A stretch of DNA of 64,000 nt from Lama glama (taxonomy: Eukaryota), in assembly GCA_028534125.1 (NCBI GenBank), contig CM052816.1, positions 31,622,001-31,686,000 on the forward strand, read 5' to 3'. The position numbers were made by a program, and so were the translations under genes. Positions 52,789 to 64,000 of the stretch are shown in pieces; within the stretch, counting starts at the first letter, position 1; every line of letters starts with the position of its first letter. A model generated the notes under the pieces. The model saw nothing but the letters and a program-made list of their open reading frames with translations, was not told where the DNA came from and did not search any database.

Positions 52789-53959
52789 CATGCCTATGTA
52801 TGCATGTCTGTGTATTCAGTTTTCTTGTTATAGCTACTGTTCTTAGCACAAGAACAGTTACTATTTACATGGATAATATCCTTAGAATTAGAGAATTTAG
52901 AGCAGGAAGAGACAGGCATAATGTACTCAAATAATTGTATTCCAAAGTTAAGTAAACTGAGACGTAACCAGATTAAAAGACTTGTCAAAATCCCACAGCT
53001 AGTTAGCATCCAGAGAAGGAACTAGAGGATACTTATTCCAGTTCCCAGTTCTTTCTTTTTCCAGTACTACACAGTTTCTCTTTCAAATCTGAACTACTAG
53101 TTGGTTTTTCAGTGACAAGTTTAGGCCAGACTGATCACTTCACTTAGACAGACATACCTATTTAGAAATCATTTTCATTTCTGCATATGGGATGAAATAT
53201 ACACACACATATACATAAGCCAGAAGGAGAGTTTCAAGGCAACACATTATACAGAGAGAACATTCGTTGTTTGGGGTTGCCCAGAATCCATCCCTCCTTT
53301 AAGTATTAGTGCCCACAACTTATTTTAAAGAAGAACCTTTTCCTCCACGGAATATAATCTGAGGGCTGTTGATTAGGACACCTTTCCAAGCAACTGAGTG
53401 AGCACATGACCCACTCAGCAAGCTAAACCAGTTGATCGTTTTCATTTCCCAGCTCCCTGCTAGACTTCAGTTCTAATTTTGACGCAAGCATGAAAAAGAA
53501 TATTTCTCCACCCCTACCCTACTCCAGATAGCAAGATGGTTTAGGGTCATTCATTGTAGCAGAAATGACTGAGCAAGAAATGGAACAGTTCATACTTCCA
53601 AGACCATTTAGAGCTAATTATTTCCTTCTATTTAAAGCCTAGTTCTTCAGCTCCTTTCATAGTCTTCTAATAAATTACCTGTTTAGCTTATAGAAACAAA
53701 ATTGGCTTCTGTTGCTTGCAACCAAGGAACTGTGATTGACACATACTATTTATATATTTCAAAAAGAAACTGAATTGTAATGCTATCATGGAAAGAACTT
53801 CTAATGTCAGAGGCAATCCATGAATTGAGTGATGCAAAGCAAAGAATACTGAGTCACTGAGAATTTAAAATATACATTTTTTACTTGTGTCAGTATAAAA
53901 TTGGTCCAAAAAAATTGTTCAAATGCAGAAAATGAAAATTCAAAATGTTATATAGATTA

Positions 53960-55960
53960 TTATTAATAAACTTACAAATACCTAAATATAAAAACTGAAA
54001 ATATAAAGCTTGTGGAAGAAACATAGGAGAAAACTTTTTCTACCTTGGGTTAGGTAAAAGATTTCTTGAAAAGTCAAGAAAAGCCTGAACCATACGAAGA
54101 AAATGTTGATAAAATGGACCTCGGCAAAACTGCAAACTTTTGCTTTTTGAAAGATGCTGTTCAGGAAATGGAAAGACAAATTATAAACCTCAGAATGAGA
54201 GTAAAACTTTATAAAAATATATCTGATTAAAAATTTACAGCTAGAATATTTAACCAAAAAACTTTAACACTCAATAATTTAAAAAAACAGTAAAAATAAG
54301 CAAAAGATTTGAACAGATACTTCACCAAAGAAGATACACAGATGTCAAATCAAAAAATGAAAAAACGTTCAAAATACCTAGTTATTAGAGAAATGCAAAT
54401 TAAAAATACAATGAAAAAATGTCACAACCAAAATGAACCTAAGGATTCATGACAACTTAATGTAATTTGTTATTCCAGATAGCATCCTAGAATCTGGGAA
54501 AACCTAAGGAAATCTAAATAAAGTACTGAATTTAATTAGTGATAATGTATTAATATTAACTCATTATTGTAATAAATATGTTTTACTAATATAAGATGTT
54601 ACATACAGGGGAAACTGAGTATAGGATATACGGAAACTTTCTGTATTTCAGTAAATCAAAATCTTTCAGTAAATCAAAATCTTTCAGTCAAAAGACTGTT
54701 CGAAAAAATAAAATCTATTAAACACACACACAAATCCCTATTACAATGACTATACCAAGTGTTGATGAGGATGTGGAGATACTAGCACTCTCATATACGG
54801 CTGACAGGGATGTAAAATAGTACAACTGTGCAAAACAGTTTGACAAAACAAAATCTAACTAAAAAAAATAAACTTGTATCCAGAATACATTTTTTAAAAC
54901 TCTTATAATGCAATAGCAAGAAGATAACCCCGAAAAAATGGACAGAAGATGTGAACACATACTTTATCAAAGAAGGTATACAGATGCCAATAAGCACGTG
55001 AAAAGATATGGAACATCGTTATTCATTAGGAAAACATAAATTAATAACTACCAACAAAATATAACTATAGTGTAAAAGGGCTAAATTTTAAAAGACTTAT
55101 GATACCAATTACTGGTGAAGGTGCAGAACAACTTAGAAGTCTCATATACTGTTGGCGAAAGTGTAAAATAGTATACTAGTATAGCCCATTTGTAAAACAG
55201 CTTGCTTGTTTCACATGAAGATGAATATACATTTACCATACAGCTCAGCAATTCCTCTTCTGGGTATTTATCCTAGAGAAATGAAAACATCTGTCCATAC
55301 AAAGACTTGTATGTAAATGTTTACAGCAGCTTTGTTCTATTAGCCAAAACCTGGAAAGAACCCAAATGTGTATCAACAAATGAATGGACTGGCATAGATA
55401 AACAAACTATAGTACATCATATGACAGAATTTTACTCAGAAATAAAGGAATGAACTATTGATACATGCAAAGATATCAGTGACTCTCAAAACCATTACGC
55501 TAAGTTAAAGAAGCTGGACAATAAAAGCAATATACTATATATTTCGTCTATACGGCATTCTGGAAAAAGCAAGACCATAGGGGTGGAAATCATCCCAATG
55601 GTTATCAAAGGCTAAAGGATGGCAGAGGAGATTGACTGACTGCAAAGGGGCATGAGTCACTTTTTATGCTGATGAAAATTTTACATATCTTCTTTTTGAA
55701 GCAAAATCAATTACAATGTGTCAATTTCTGGTGTACAGCACAATGTCCCAGTCATGCATATACATACATATATTCGTCTTCACATTTTTCTAAAGATTAT
55801 TACATAATATTGAACATAGTTCCCTGTGCTATACAGAAGAAACTTTTTATATATCATGATTATAGTGGTGGTTACATATTTAACAAAACTCACTGAACTA
55901 CACACATGAGAAGAATAAATTTTATTTTATGTAAAGAATGCCACCAAATACCTTTTTAAA
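53960..55960 (+). mobile_element. Old L1M 3' regions (several pieces), with a small minus-strand L1 3' end inserted at ~55690-55845
   Basis: AAAAGATTTGAACAGATACTTCACCAAAGAAGATA, AGCAATTCCTCTTCTGGGTATTTATCC, TGAACTATTGATACATGCA; the small insert is flanked by TTTTA(C/T)ATATC. Confidence 0.75.
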
Positions 55961-56091
55961 AATGAGGCAAACATTAGAAAGAAAAAAAAAACACACTTGC
56001 AGGAGAGAGATAAAAGGAATTTGAAATACGTTAGTGAAAACATTAAGGCTTTCCAGGCACTAAATCTGAAGGACTCTGAAAGATTAATAGA

Positions 56092-56170
56092 GGCCAGTGA
56101 TGAGGACTTCTCCCACTCCTGTCACGTTTCCCAACCATGAGATGACTCCACATCCACTACCATCTGAGGC
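56092..56170 (+). ncRNA. SNORD33: Retroposed copy of box C/D snoRNA SNORD33 (probably non-functional)
   Basis: Box C GTGATGA 56097-56103, box D CTGA 56164-56167, terminal stem. Body ACTTCTCCCACTC...CCATGAGATGACTCCACAT.CACTACCATCTGAGGC matches SNORD33 as I recall it, and it lies directly upstream of RPL13A exon 5, as in the native host gene. Confidence 0.9.
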
Positions 56171-56676
56171 TGCCTGGCTGCCTGCCTACTTGCGGCAGCA
56201 GGGGCCTTGCGCGCCACGCCCCCTGAGCCAGCCTGCTGTCCTCTGCCCACAGGCATGCTGCCCCACAAGACCAAGTAAGGCCAGGCCTCTCTGGTCTGCC
56301 TCAAAGTGTCTGATGGGATCCCGCCACCCTATGACAAGGTCTCTAAACCCCTCTCCTTCCCTAACAGAAAAAGTGGATGGTGGTTCCCGCCGCCCTAAAG
56401 GTCGTGTGTCTGAAGACTACAGGGAATTTTGCCTACCTAGGGTGCCTGGCTCATGAGGTTGGCTGGAAGTGCCAAGCAGTAACAATCACCCTGGAAGAGA
56501 AGAGAGGAAGGAAAAGGCCACGATCCATTACCGGAAGAAGCAGCTCATGAGGCTACAGAAGTAGGCTGAAAAGAATATACAGAACAAAATCGACAAATCC
56601 ACAGAGGTCCTCAAGACCCATGGACTCCTAGTCTGAGGCCAGGAAAATTGACTGTTTATTCTTTAAATAAATAATA
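56092..56676 (+). pseudogene. RPL13A: Partially processed RPL13A retrocopy (SNORD33 + 3' intron 4 + exons 5-8 + A-rich tail)
   Basis: Encodes GMLPHKTK*G...[34 protein letters not shown] and TEVLKTHGLLV* (TGA 56634-36), with premature stops. TSD AAAGATT(A/G)ATAGA at 56079-91 and 56677-89. Confidence 0.95.
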
Positions 56677-58770
56677 AAAGATTGATAGAAATGTATGTGG
56701 TAAAGGAGAGAAGTGATGGGTGTGTGCAGAGAGTGTTCCACATAGGGAGTGCGGTCTGCACAGAGGATTGATGGCAGCAAGAAATAGGGCGCATCCCGAC
56801 CTGGGGAAATGACAGTAAACCACGGTGGCTGGGCACTGACAGCAGTGCTAGACATAGATAGGACCGAATTTCACAGTATCAAGTACAAAAGGTAGGGTAC
56901 AGTTTTCCAGTTTACTGAGCTGAATGGACAATGGTATACCTCCTCATGCAGGTACAGCAGCTTTGCAAGAGAAGATCATGAGTCTGTTCTTGTACATGTC
57001 AAGTAAAAGTTTCCTGGAGGTGCTACAAATATGACAAATAAGGCAACTGGACAGTTGAGGTTAAGTCATATAAAATCTCTAATAGTCAGCCACCTTGACC
57101 TACAAAAGGCAACTCATATGTTTTGATCTAGTAAGTTCCCAGAGCTCCTGTCCAACCAAGAGTGATATTAGTACCTTTATTTTAAAAAGAGAAAATGCTG
57201 AGTATTCTTCAAGTAAAATTATTATACCAATCACACTTCATAATATAGAGCCTTTTATGAAGAATATATAAGATTCAAAGTTGCATATGATGTGAAATAT
57301 ACTTTATGCATCATGTATTTTTGGCAGTAGCTATTAATCAATTCCTTTCGAAACAAATTAAAGTAATTATGATCCATCATAGATGTTGATATAAATAACT
57401 AAGGGAATTTGGAAAAGAAGTAATTCACCACTGGAGATTTGCCAATAAATAAATTCTTCAAGTATGACTCATGGTTGTTCCTCTGAGATCAGTTAATTAC
57501 TTCTGTAAGTCAAACTCCAGCTTCCGTAAACTCAAATAACCTGTCAATTTTTTTTCTGTTGTAATATTATTTCATGCAAAATGATACTAATTATTATTTA
57601 ACTGTAGGTAGGCACATTCTTCACCAACTTCATAACAGAATAGGTTTTAAGAGATAACTCATAGGCTCCAGATCAAGAAAATAACGTGGGAAGATCCTGA
57701 GCTCACATTCTACCATAGACACAACAAAACTACAACTACCTATTTCCACAACTGTCTCTGTAAACGACCTGGGGACTACCAGAACTGTTCTACAACTCAG
57801 GATACAAAGAAAAGGTCATACTGAAATAAAAAGGTGGGGGCAGAGACACAGTCTAATCTGAACCCACACCCCCAGTGTGGTGACCCCCAGATGGTAGGAG
57901 AAATCACAACCTTGAAGTTCCCCACTGAGGAGTAAGGGGTCTGAGCCCTGCATCAGGCTCACAGCCCTGGGTACCTGCACCAGGAAGACAAATTCCCAAA
58001 ATATCTGCCTGAATCCCAGCAGGGCTTACATTCAGGAGAGCCAGAGGGCTATGGTAAACGAAGACTCTGCACTTGAAGGGCTCCCACAGAAACTCACTTG
58101 CTCCCAGTCCAAGCACAGAGGCAGTCTGGGTCATAGGAGAAGGATATTCACTGCCCAGTTTTAGGGCATGTGCCAGAGGGGCAGGGATCTGGTGGAACTT
58201 TCTCCAGGGACAGAAACACTGGCAGGAAACTTTTTTTTTTAAACGCTCCTTTCACCTAGCTAGCAGGTACCATTTTTCTTACTCTCATCATCTCCATCAT
58301 TCTAAGCTAATAGCTTATGCCCCACTCTGGTGTTCCCCTGAGTACCCACCCTGCCCAGCCTATCCATCTGGGCCAACCCCTCCAAATCAATTCCCACCCT
58401 GCCCCACCCAGCAGGCCATCTCGGCCAGCACCAATGTCCCTCCAAATCCTGCTCTGCCTCACCCAGCAGGTAGCCCAACAAACACCAGCATTCCTCCAAA
58501 ATGGCTCCCACTCCTGGGATCTATCCCTGCACACCAGCTTACCAGTGACAGGTGAGGCCAGGCCTTATAGACACTTGCATTGGGGGTCAGCCCCATGTAT
58601 CGGTGCACCTGTAGTAGCCTTGGACAGGCCTCACAGATGGCCAGTCTGAGGACAAGTCCTGCCCACCATGCGTTCACAGCAGTTGCATCTGAGCCTCGCA
58701 GCCAGCTAATCTCAGGGTCAATCCTGCCTACCAGCACATCCTCGGCAATCATGGCCCAACCATAAAAGGA

Positions 58771-58963
58771 ATGTGGAAATATTGCAGGAAACTCAGCTGT
58801 GCTCCAGACTAGAGCCTCTTTACCTATGCTATGGATTTTTAATTTATTTTCTCTTATTTCATGTACACTGCTTTTTTTGGTTACCATGTATGATGGATAT
58901 GTATGGAAAAAAATATATCTTTGGGATAACAATTACAGTTGGTTAATTTGAAAAAAAAAAAAA
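58771..58963 (+). pseudogene. Probable retroposed mRNA 3'-end fragment inside the L1 5' UTR (source gene not identified)
   Basis: Abrupt AT-rich, 3'UTR-like block ending in A13 within the GC-rich L1 5' UTR; L1 sequence resumes afterwards. Confidence 0.55.
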
Positions 58964-61025
58964 CACAGGGGCTCCCACACAGGGGATACCCCTGAATACT
59001 TGGCTCTAGTGACCAAGGGAGACTGCACCACTGGGCCCTACCAGATACTATCTGCATAAGGCTACTCTTTTAAGACCTGGAAATGTAGCTGATGTACATA
59101 ATACATAGAAACAAAACCAGGGAATTAGACAAACTGAAGAAACAACAGAATATCATACAATAGAAGAATAAGATGAAACCTCAGAAAAAGAACTAAATGG
59201 AACAGAGATAAGCAAACTACCAGATAAAGAGTTCAAAGTAATAGTCATAATGATGCTCACCAAACTTAGGAAAACAATGGATGAACTCAGTGAGAACTTC
59301 AACAAAGAGACAGAAAACATAAAAAAGAACCAACCAGAACTAAGGAATACAACTACTGAAATGAAAAATACCCTAGAGGGCACCCACAGCCGATTAGAGG
59401 ATTCACAGGAAAGGATCAGTGATCTGGAAGACAGGATGGTGGAAACTACCCAACTGGAAGATCAAAAAGAAAAAAGAATTTCAAAAAATAAAGGTAGTTT
59501 AAGGGACATCTGGGACAACATAATATTCACATTATAAAGATCCTAGAAGGAGAAGAGAGAGAAAGAGGAACAGAAGAATTATTTGAAAAAGTAATGCTGA
59601 AAATTTCCTGGTAAAGGAAACATACATCCAGGTCCAGGTAGCAAAGAGAGTCCCAAACAAAGGGAATCCAAAGGGACCTACAACAAAACACATTATAATT
59701 AAAATCTCAAAAGTTGAAGATAAAAAAGAATCTTAAAAGCAGCAAGAGAAATATGACTAGTTACATACAAGTGGTCCCTGATAAAACTATCAACTGATTT
59801 TTCAACAGAAACTTTACAGGCTAGACAGGACTGGCACAATATATTCAAAGAGCTCAAAGAAAACATCCTGAAACCAAGAATACTTTACCTATCAAGGTTA
59901 TCATTCAAAATTGAAGGAGAGAGTTTCTCAGACAAGCAAAAACTAAAGGAGTTCATCATCAATAAACCAGCCTTATAAGAAATGTTAAAGGGATTTCTTT
60001 AAGTGAAAAGAAAAGGCCATAACTAGAAATAAGGAAACGATGAAAGAAAAAATATCACTGGTAAAGGGAAATATACAGTGATGGTAGTGGATCAACAACA
60101 TATAAACCTAGCGTGAAGGTTAAGAGAAAAAACTAACAAAATCATCTATATCTAAAATAATTAGTTAAGTAGTACACAAAATTAAAAGATGTAAAATATG
60201 ATATACAAAACATAAAACATGGTGGGGGCTAGTAAAATGGTAGTCCTTTTACAATGAGCTCAAACTTAAGTGATCATCAACTTATAATAGACTGCTATAT
60301 ACACACATTGTTATATATGAACCTTATGTAATCACAAAACAAAGACCTATAAATGGATACATAAAAAATAGAGGGGAATACAAATATAATGCTAAAGAAA
60401 TTCATCAAATCACAAGGGAAGAGAATAAGAGAAGAAAGAAATGAACTACATAAAAAACCAGAAAACAGGCAAGAACACACAATGGAATAAAGACATTCTC
60501 TTCAGCAAATGTTGGACAGCAGCATGTAAATTAGTGAAGCTAGAATACTCCCTCACATAATACACAAAAATAAACTCAAAATGGCTTAAAGATTTAACAT
60601 AAGACAAGACACAATAAAACTCCTAGAAGAAAACACAGGCAAAACATTATCTCACATACATCTTAGCAATGTTCTCCTAGGGCAGTCCACCCAAGAAATA
60701 GAAATAAAAGCAAAAATAAACAAATGGGATCCAATTAAACTTACAAGCTTTTGCACAGCAAAGGAAACCACACACAAAACAAAACAACAACCTACGAAAT
60801 GGGAGAAAATATTTGCAAAAGATGAAACTGACAAAGGCTTGATCTTCAGAAAATATAAACAGCTCATACGACTTAAGAAAAAAACAAACAACCCAATCCA
60901 AAAATGGGCAGAAGACCTAAACAAGAAATTCTCCAAGGAAGACATACAAATGACCAATAGGCACATGAAGAATACTCAGTATCACTAATTATCAGAGAAA
61001 TGCAAATCAAAACTACAATGAGGTA

Positions 61026-61940
61026 AATTTATATGGAACCATCAAAGACCTAATTGCTAAAGCATTACTGAAGAGAAAGAAAGAGGCTGGAGGAATAACT
61101 CTCCCAGACTTCAGACAATACTATAGAGCTACAGTCATCAAGACAGCATGGTATTGGTACCAAAACAGACATATGGACCAATGGAACAGAATAGAGAGNN
61201 NNNNNNNNNNNNNNNNNNNNNNNNNNNNNNNNNNNNNNNNNNNNNNNNNNNNNNNNNNNNNNNNNNNNNNNNNNNNNNNNNNNNNNNNNNNNNNNNNNNN
61301 NNNNNNNNNNNNNNNNNNNNNNNNNNNNNNNNNNNNNNNNNNNNNNNNNNNNNNNNNNNNNNNNNNNNNNNNNNNNNNNNNNNNNNNNNNNNNNNNNNNN
61401 NNNNNNNNNNNNNNNNNNNNNNNNNNNNNNNNNNNNNNNNNNNNNNNNNNNNNNNNNNNNNNNNNNNNNNNNNNNNNNNNNNNNNNNNNNNNNNNNNNNN
61501 NNNNNNNNNNNNNNNNNNNNNNNNNNNNNNNNNNNNNNNNNNNNNNNNNNNNNNNNNNNNNNNNNNNNNNNNNNNNNNNNNNNNNNNNNNNNNNNNNNNN
61601 NNNNNNNNNNNNNNNNNNNNNNNNNNNNNNNNNNNNNNNNNNNNNNNNNNNNNNNNNNNNNNNNNNNNNNNNNNNNNNNNNNNNNNNNNNNNNNNNNNGT
61701 GGGAAGGGATAGACTGGGATTTCAAAATTGTAGAATAGATAAACAAGATTACACTGTATAGCACAGGGAAATATACACAAAATGTTATGATAACTCACAG
61801 AGAAAAAAATGTGACAATGAGTGTGTATATGTCCATGAATGACTGAAAAATTGTGCTGAACAGTGGAATTTGACACAACATTGTAAAATGATTATAAATC
61901 AATAAAAAATGTTAAAAAAAATAAAAAATGTTAAAAAAAA
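61026..61940 (+). mobile_element. Youngest nested L1 (5'-truncated), spanning the assembly gap
   Basis: Perfect 17-bp TSD AAAACTACAATGAGGTA at 61009-25 and 61941-57; ORF2 sequence before the gap, 3' UTR and poly(A) after. Confidence 0.9.
61199..61698. other. Assembly gap (500 N)
   Basis: Run of N. Confidence 1.
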
Positions 61941-63381
61941 AAAACTACAATGAGGTATCACCTCACACCAGTCAGAATGGCCATCATTCAAAAGTCTACC
62001 AATGACAAATGCTGGAGAGGGTGTGGAGAAAAGGGAACCCTCCTACACTGTTGGTGGGAATGCAGTTTGGTGCAGCCATTGTGGAAAACAGTATGGAGAT
62101 TCCTCAAAAGACTAAAAGCAGACTTATCATATGACCTAGCAATCCCACTTCTGGGCATATACCCAGAAGGAACCCTAATTCAAAAAGACACCTGCACCCC
62201 AATGTTCATAGCAGCACTATTTACAATAGCCAAGACATGGAAACAACCTAAATGTCCACCGACAGCTGACTGGATAAAGAAGATGTGGTATATTTATACA
62301 ATGGAATACTATTCAGCCATAAAAAAGACGACATAACGCCATTTGTAGCAACATAGATGTTCCTGGAGAATATCATTCTAAGTGACGTAAGCCACAAAGA
62401 GAAAGAAAAATATCATATGGTATCACTTATATGTGGAATCTAAAAAAAAAGAAAAAGAAGACAAATGAATCTAAATATGAAACAGAAACAGCTCACAGAC
62501 ATAGAATACAAACTTGATGTTGCCAGCAGGGAGGGGAGTGGGAAGGGACAGACTGGGATTTTGAGATTTGTAGATACTGACAGGTATATATAAAATAGAT
62601 AAACAAGTTTATATTTATAGCACAGGGAAATATATGCAAGATCCTGTAGTAGCTCACGGTGAAAAAGAATATGAAAATGAATATATGCATATTCATGTAT
62701 GGACTGAATTGTGCTGTACACCAGAAATTGACACAACATTGTAAACTGACTATAACTCAATTCAAAAAAATTTTGATAAAAAACAATAAAAGCATTCAGG
62801 ACTTCAGATTTACCCTGAAAAAAAAAAAACCCAGAAAATAATTAACAAAATGGCAACAAGTATATACATATCAATAATTATTTTAAATGTGAATGGACTA
62901 AATGCTCCAATCAAAAGACAAAGGATGGATGAATGGATTAAAAAATAAGCCCCATATATATGCTGCCTACAGAAGACTCAATCCAGATCTAAAGTCACAC
63001 ACAGGCCAAAGTAAAAAAATGGAAAGATATTCCATGCAAATGGAAATGAAAATAAAACTGGTGTAGGAATACTTGTATTAGACAAAGTAGACTTCAAAAC
63101 AAAGACTAAAACAAGAGACAAAGAAAGGCACTGAATAATGCCAAAGGGATTAATCCAAGAAGAGGACATAAACTTGTAAACATCTATGCATCCAACTAAG
63201 AGCACCTAAATACACAAAGGTAATATTAGCAGATAGAAAGAAAGAAATTAACAGTAATACAATAATAGGAGGAGACTTTAATACCTCCACCATGTCAATG
63301 GACAGATCATCCAAACAGAAATTCAGTAAAGAAACATTGGCCTGAAGTAAAACATTAGACCCAATGGACTAAATAGATGTA

Positions 63382-63588
63382 CAGTTGACCCTAGAAAAAT
63401 ATGAACGTGAACTGCACAGGTCTCCTTATCTGTGGGTTTATTTCACTAAATACATACTACAGCACTACACAATCTGCAGTTGGATGTGGAACTGCAGGTA
63501 TAAAGGGTGGATTATAAAGTTATACACAGATTTTTGGACTGTGAGAGAGCTGGCACCCCTAACCCTTGCATTGTTCAAAGGTCAACTG
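63382..63588. mobile_element. Tigger1-derived MITE (TcMar-Tigger) inserted in L1 ORF2
   Basis: TIRs CAGTTGACCCT...AAAGGTCAACTG, TA on the left (CA on the right), 207 bp. Confidence 0.85.
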
Positions 63589-64000
63589 CACACATAACAT
63601 TATACCCCAAAACAGCAGAATAAACATTCTTTTCAAGTACACATGGGACATTCCCCAGGACAGATCACATGCTAGGTCACAAAACAAGATGCAATAAATT
63701 TTAGGAGATTAAAATCATATCAATCATCTTTTCTGATCACAATAAAACTGAAATCAATTACAAAAAGAAAACTGGAAAAACACAAATACTTGGAGGCTGA
63801 ACAACATACATGTAAGGAACAGATGGGTCAATGAAGAAATTAAAGAGGAAATCAAAAAATACCTTGAAGCAAAAGAAAATGGAAATACAATGTTTCAAAA
63901 TATATGGGACACAGCAAAAGCAAATCTACGAGGAAATTTACGGTGATATAGGCCTAACTAAAGAAAGAAGAAAAATCTCAAATAAACAATCTAAGTTTAC

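Larger units (their letters stand above)
60466..62823 (+). mobile_element. 5'-truncated younger L1 nested between ORF1 and ORF2 of the host L1
   Basis: ORF2 C-terminus (ORF 61950-62336 with [18 protein letters not shown]) plus 3' UTR; TSD AAAAAACC(C)AGAAAA at 60452-65 and 62824-38. Confidence 0.85.
57665..64000 (+). mobile_element. Old L1 with its 5' end (5' UTR, ORF1, start of ORF2), interrupted by nested insertions; runs off the window
   Basis: 5' UTR ~57665-59100; ORF1 remnant 59250-59537 (coiled coil, ERISDLEDR); ORF2 endonuclease start at 62850 (ATGGCAACAAGT...AATGTGAATGGACTAAATGCTCCAATCAAAAGAC); many stops. Confidence 0.9.

Noticed and set aside
54646..54688. 18-bp tandem repeat TTTCAGTAAATCAAAATC
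   Set aside because: Ordinary slippage inside an old L1.
56339..56367. 29-nt GT-AG mini-intron
   Set aside because: Far below the mammalian minimum intron size and the donor (GTCTCT) is non-consensus; better explained as a retained intron 3' end.
56097..56456. 119-aa ORF across the RPL13A retrocopy
   Set aside because: Starts at GTG within box C and is out of frame with RPL13A; the true frame has premature stops.
61121..61876. Long ORFs across 61.1-61.9 kb
   Set aside because: Artefacts of translating through the N gap.
1..64000. CRISPR arrays, operons or other prokaryotic systems
   Set aside because: The sequence is mammalian; no repeat-spacer arrays or dense coding regions.

Overview
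Mammalian genomic DNA, probably camelid (tRNA-derived vic-1-type SINE, artiodactyl-type L1 and Tigger elements). It is mostly intergenic or intronic and dense in repeats. I found no intact protein-coding gene: the listed ORFs are noise or remnants of L1, ERV-L and RPL13A. Two CpG-island promoters lie at ~4.2-4.7 kb and ~12.5-13.5 kb. The first has YY1 and CCAAT sites, is partly built from a MER5 transposon, and has a probable non-coding first exon on the minus strand. The second has a perfect MEF2/TATA element. I cannot name the gene(s). The most unusual element is a TSD-flanked retrocopy at 56092-56676. It starts at the mature 5' end of box C/D snoRNA SNORD33, runs through the rest of RPL13A intron 4, continues into spliced RPL13A exons 5-8 (with a 29-nt intron-5 remnant) and ends in an A-rich tail. 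It looks like a fossil of a snoRNA-capped, polyadenylated (SPA-like) host-gene RNA. The last 6 kb is an old L1 carrying four nested insertions: an mRNA 3'-end-like fragment, an L1 with a 3' transduction, a younger L1 spanning a 500-N gap, and a Tigger1 MITE. Repeat family names come from recalled consensus sequences, not from a database search.
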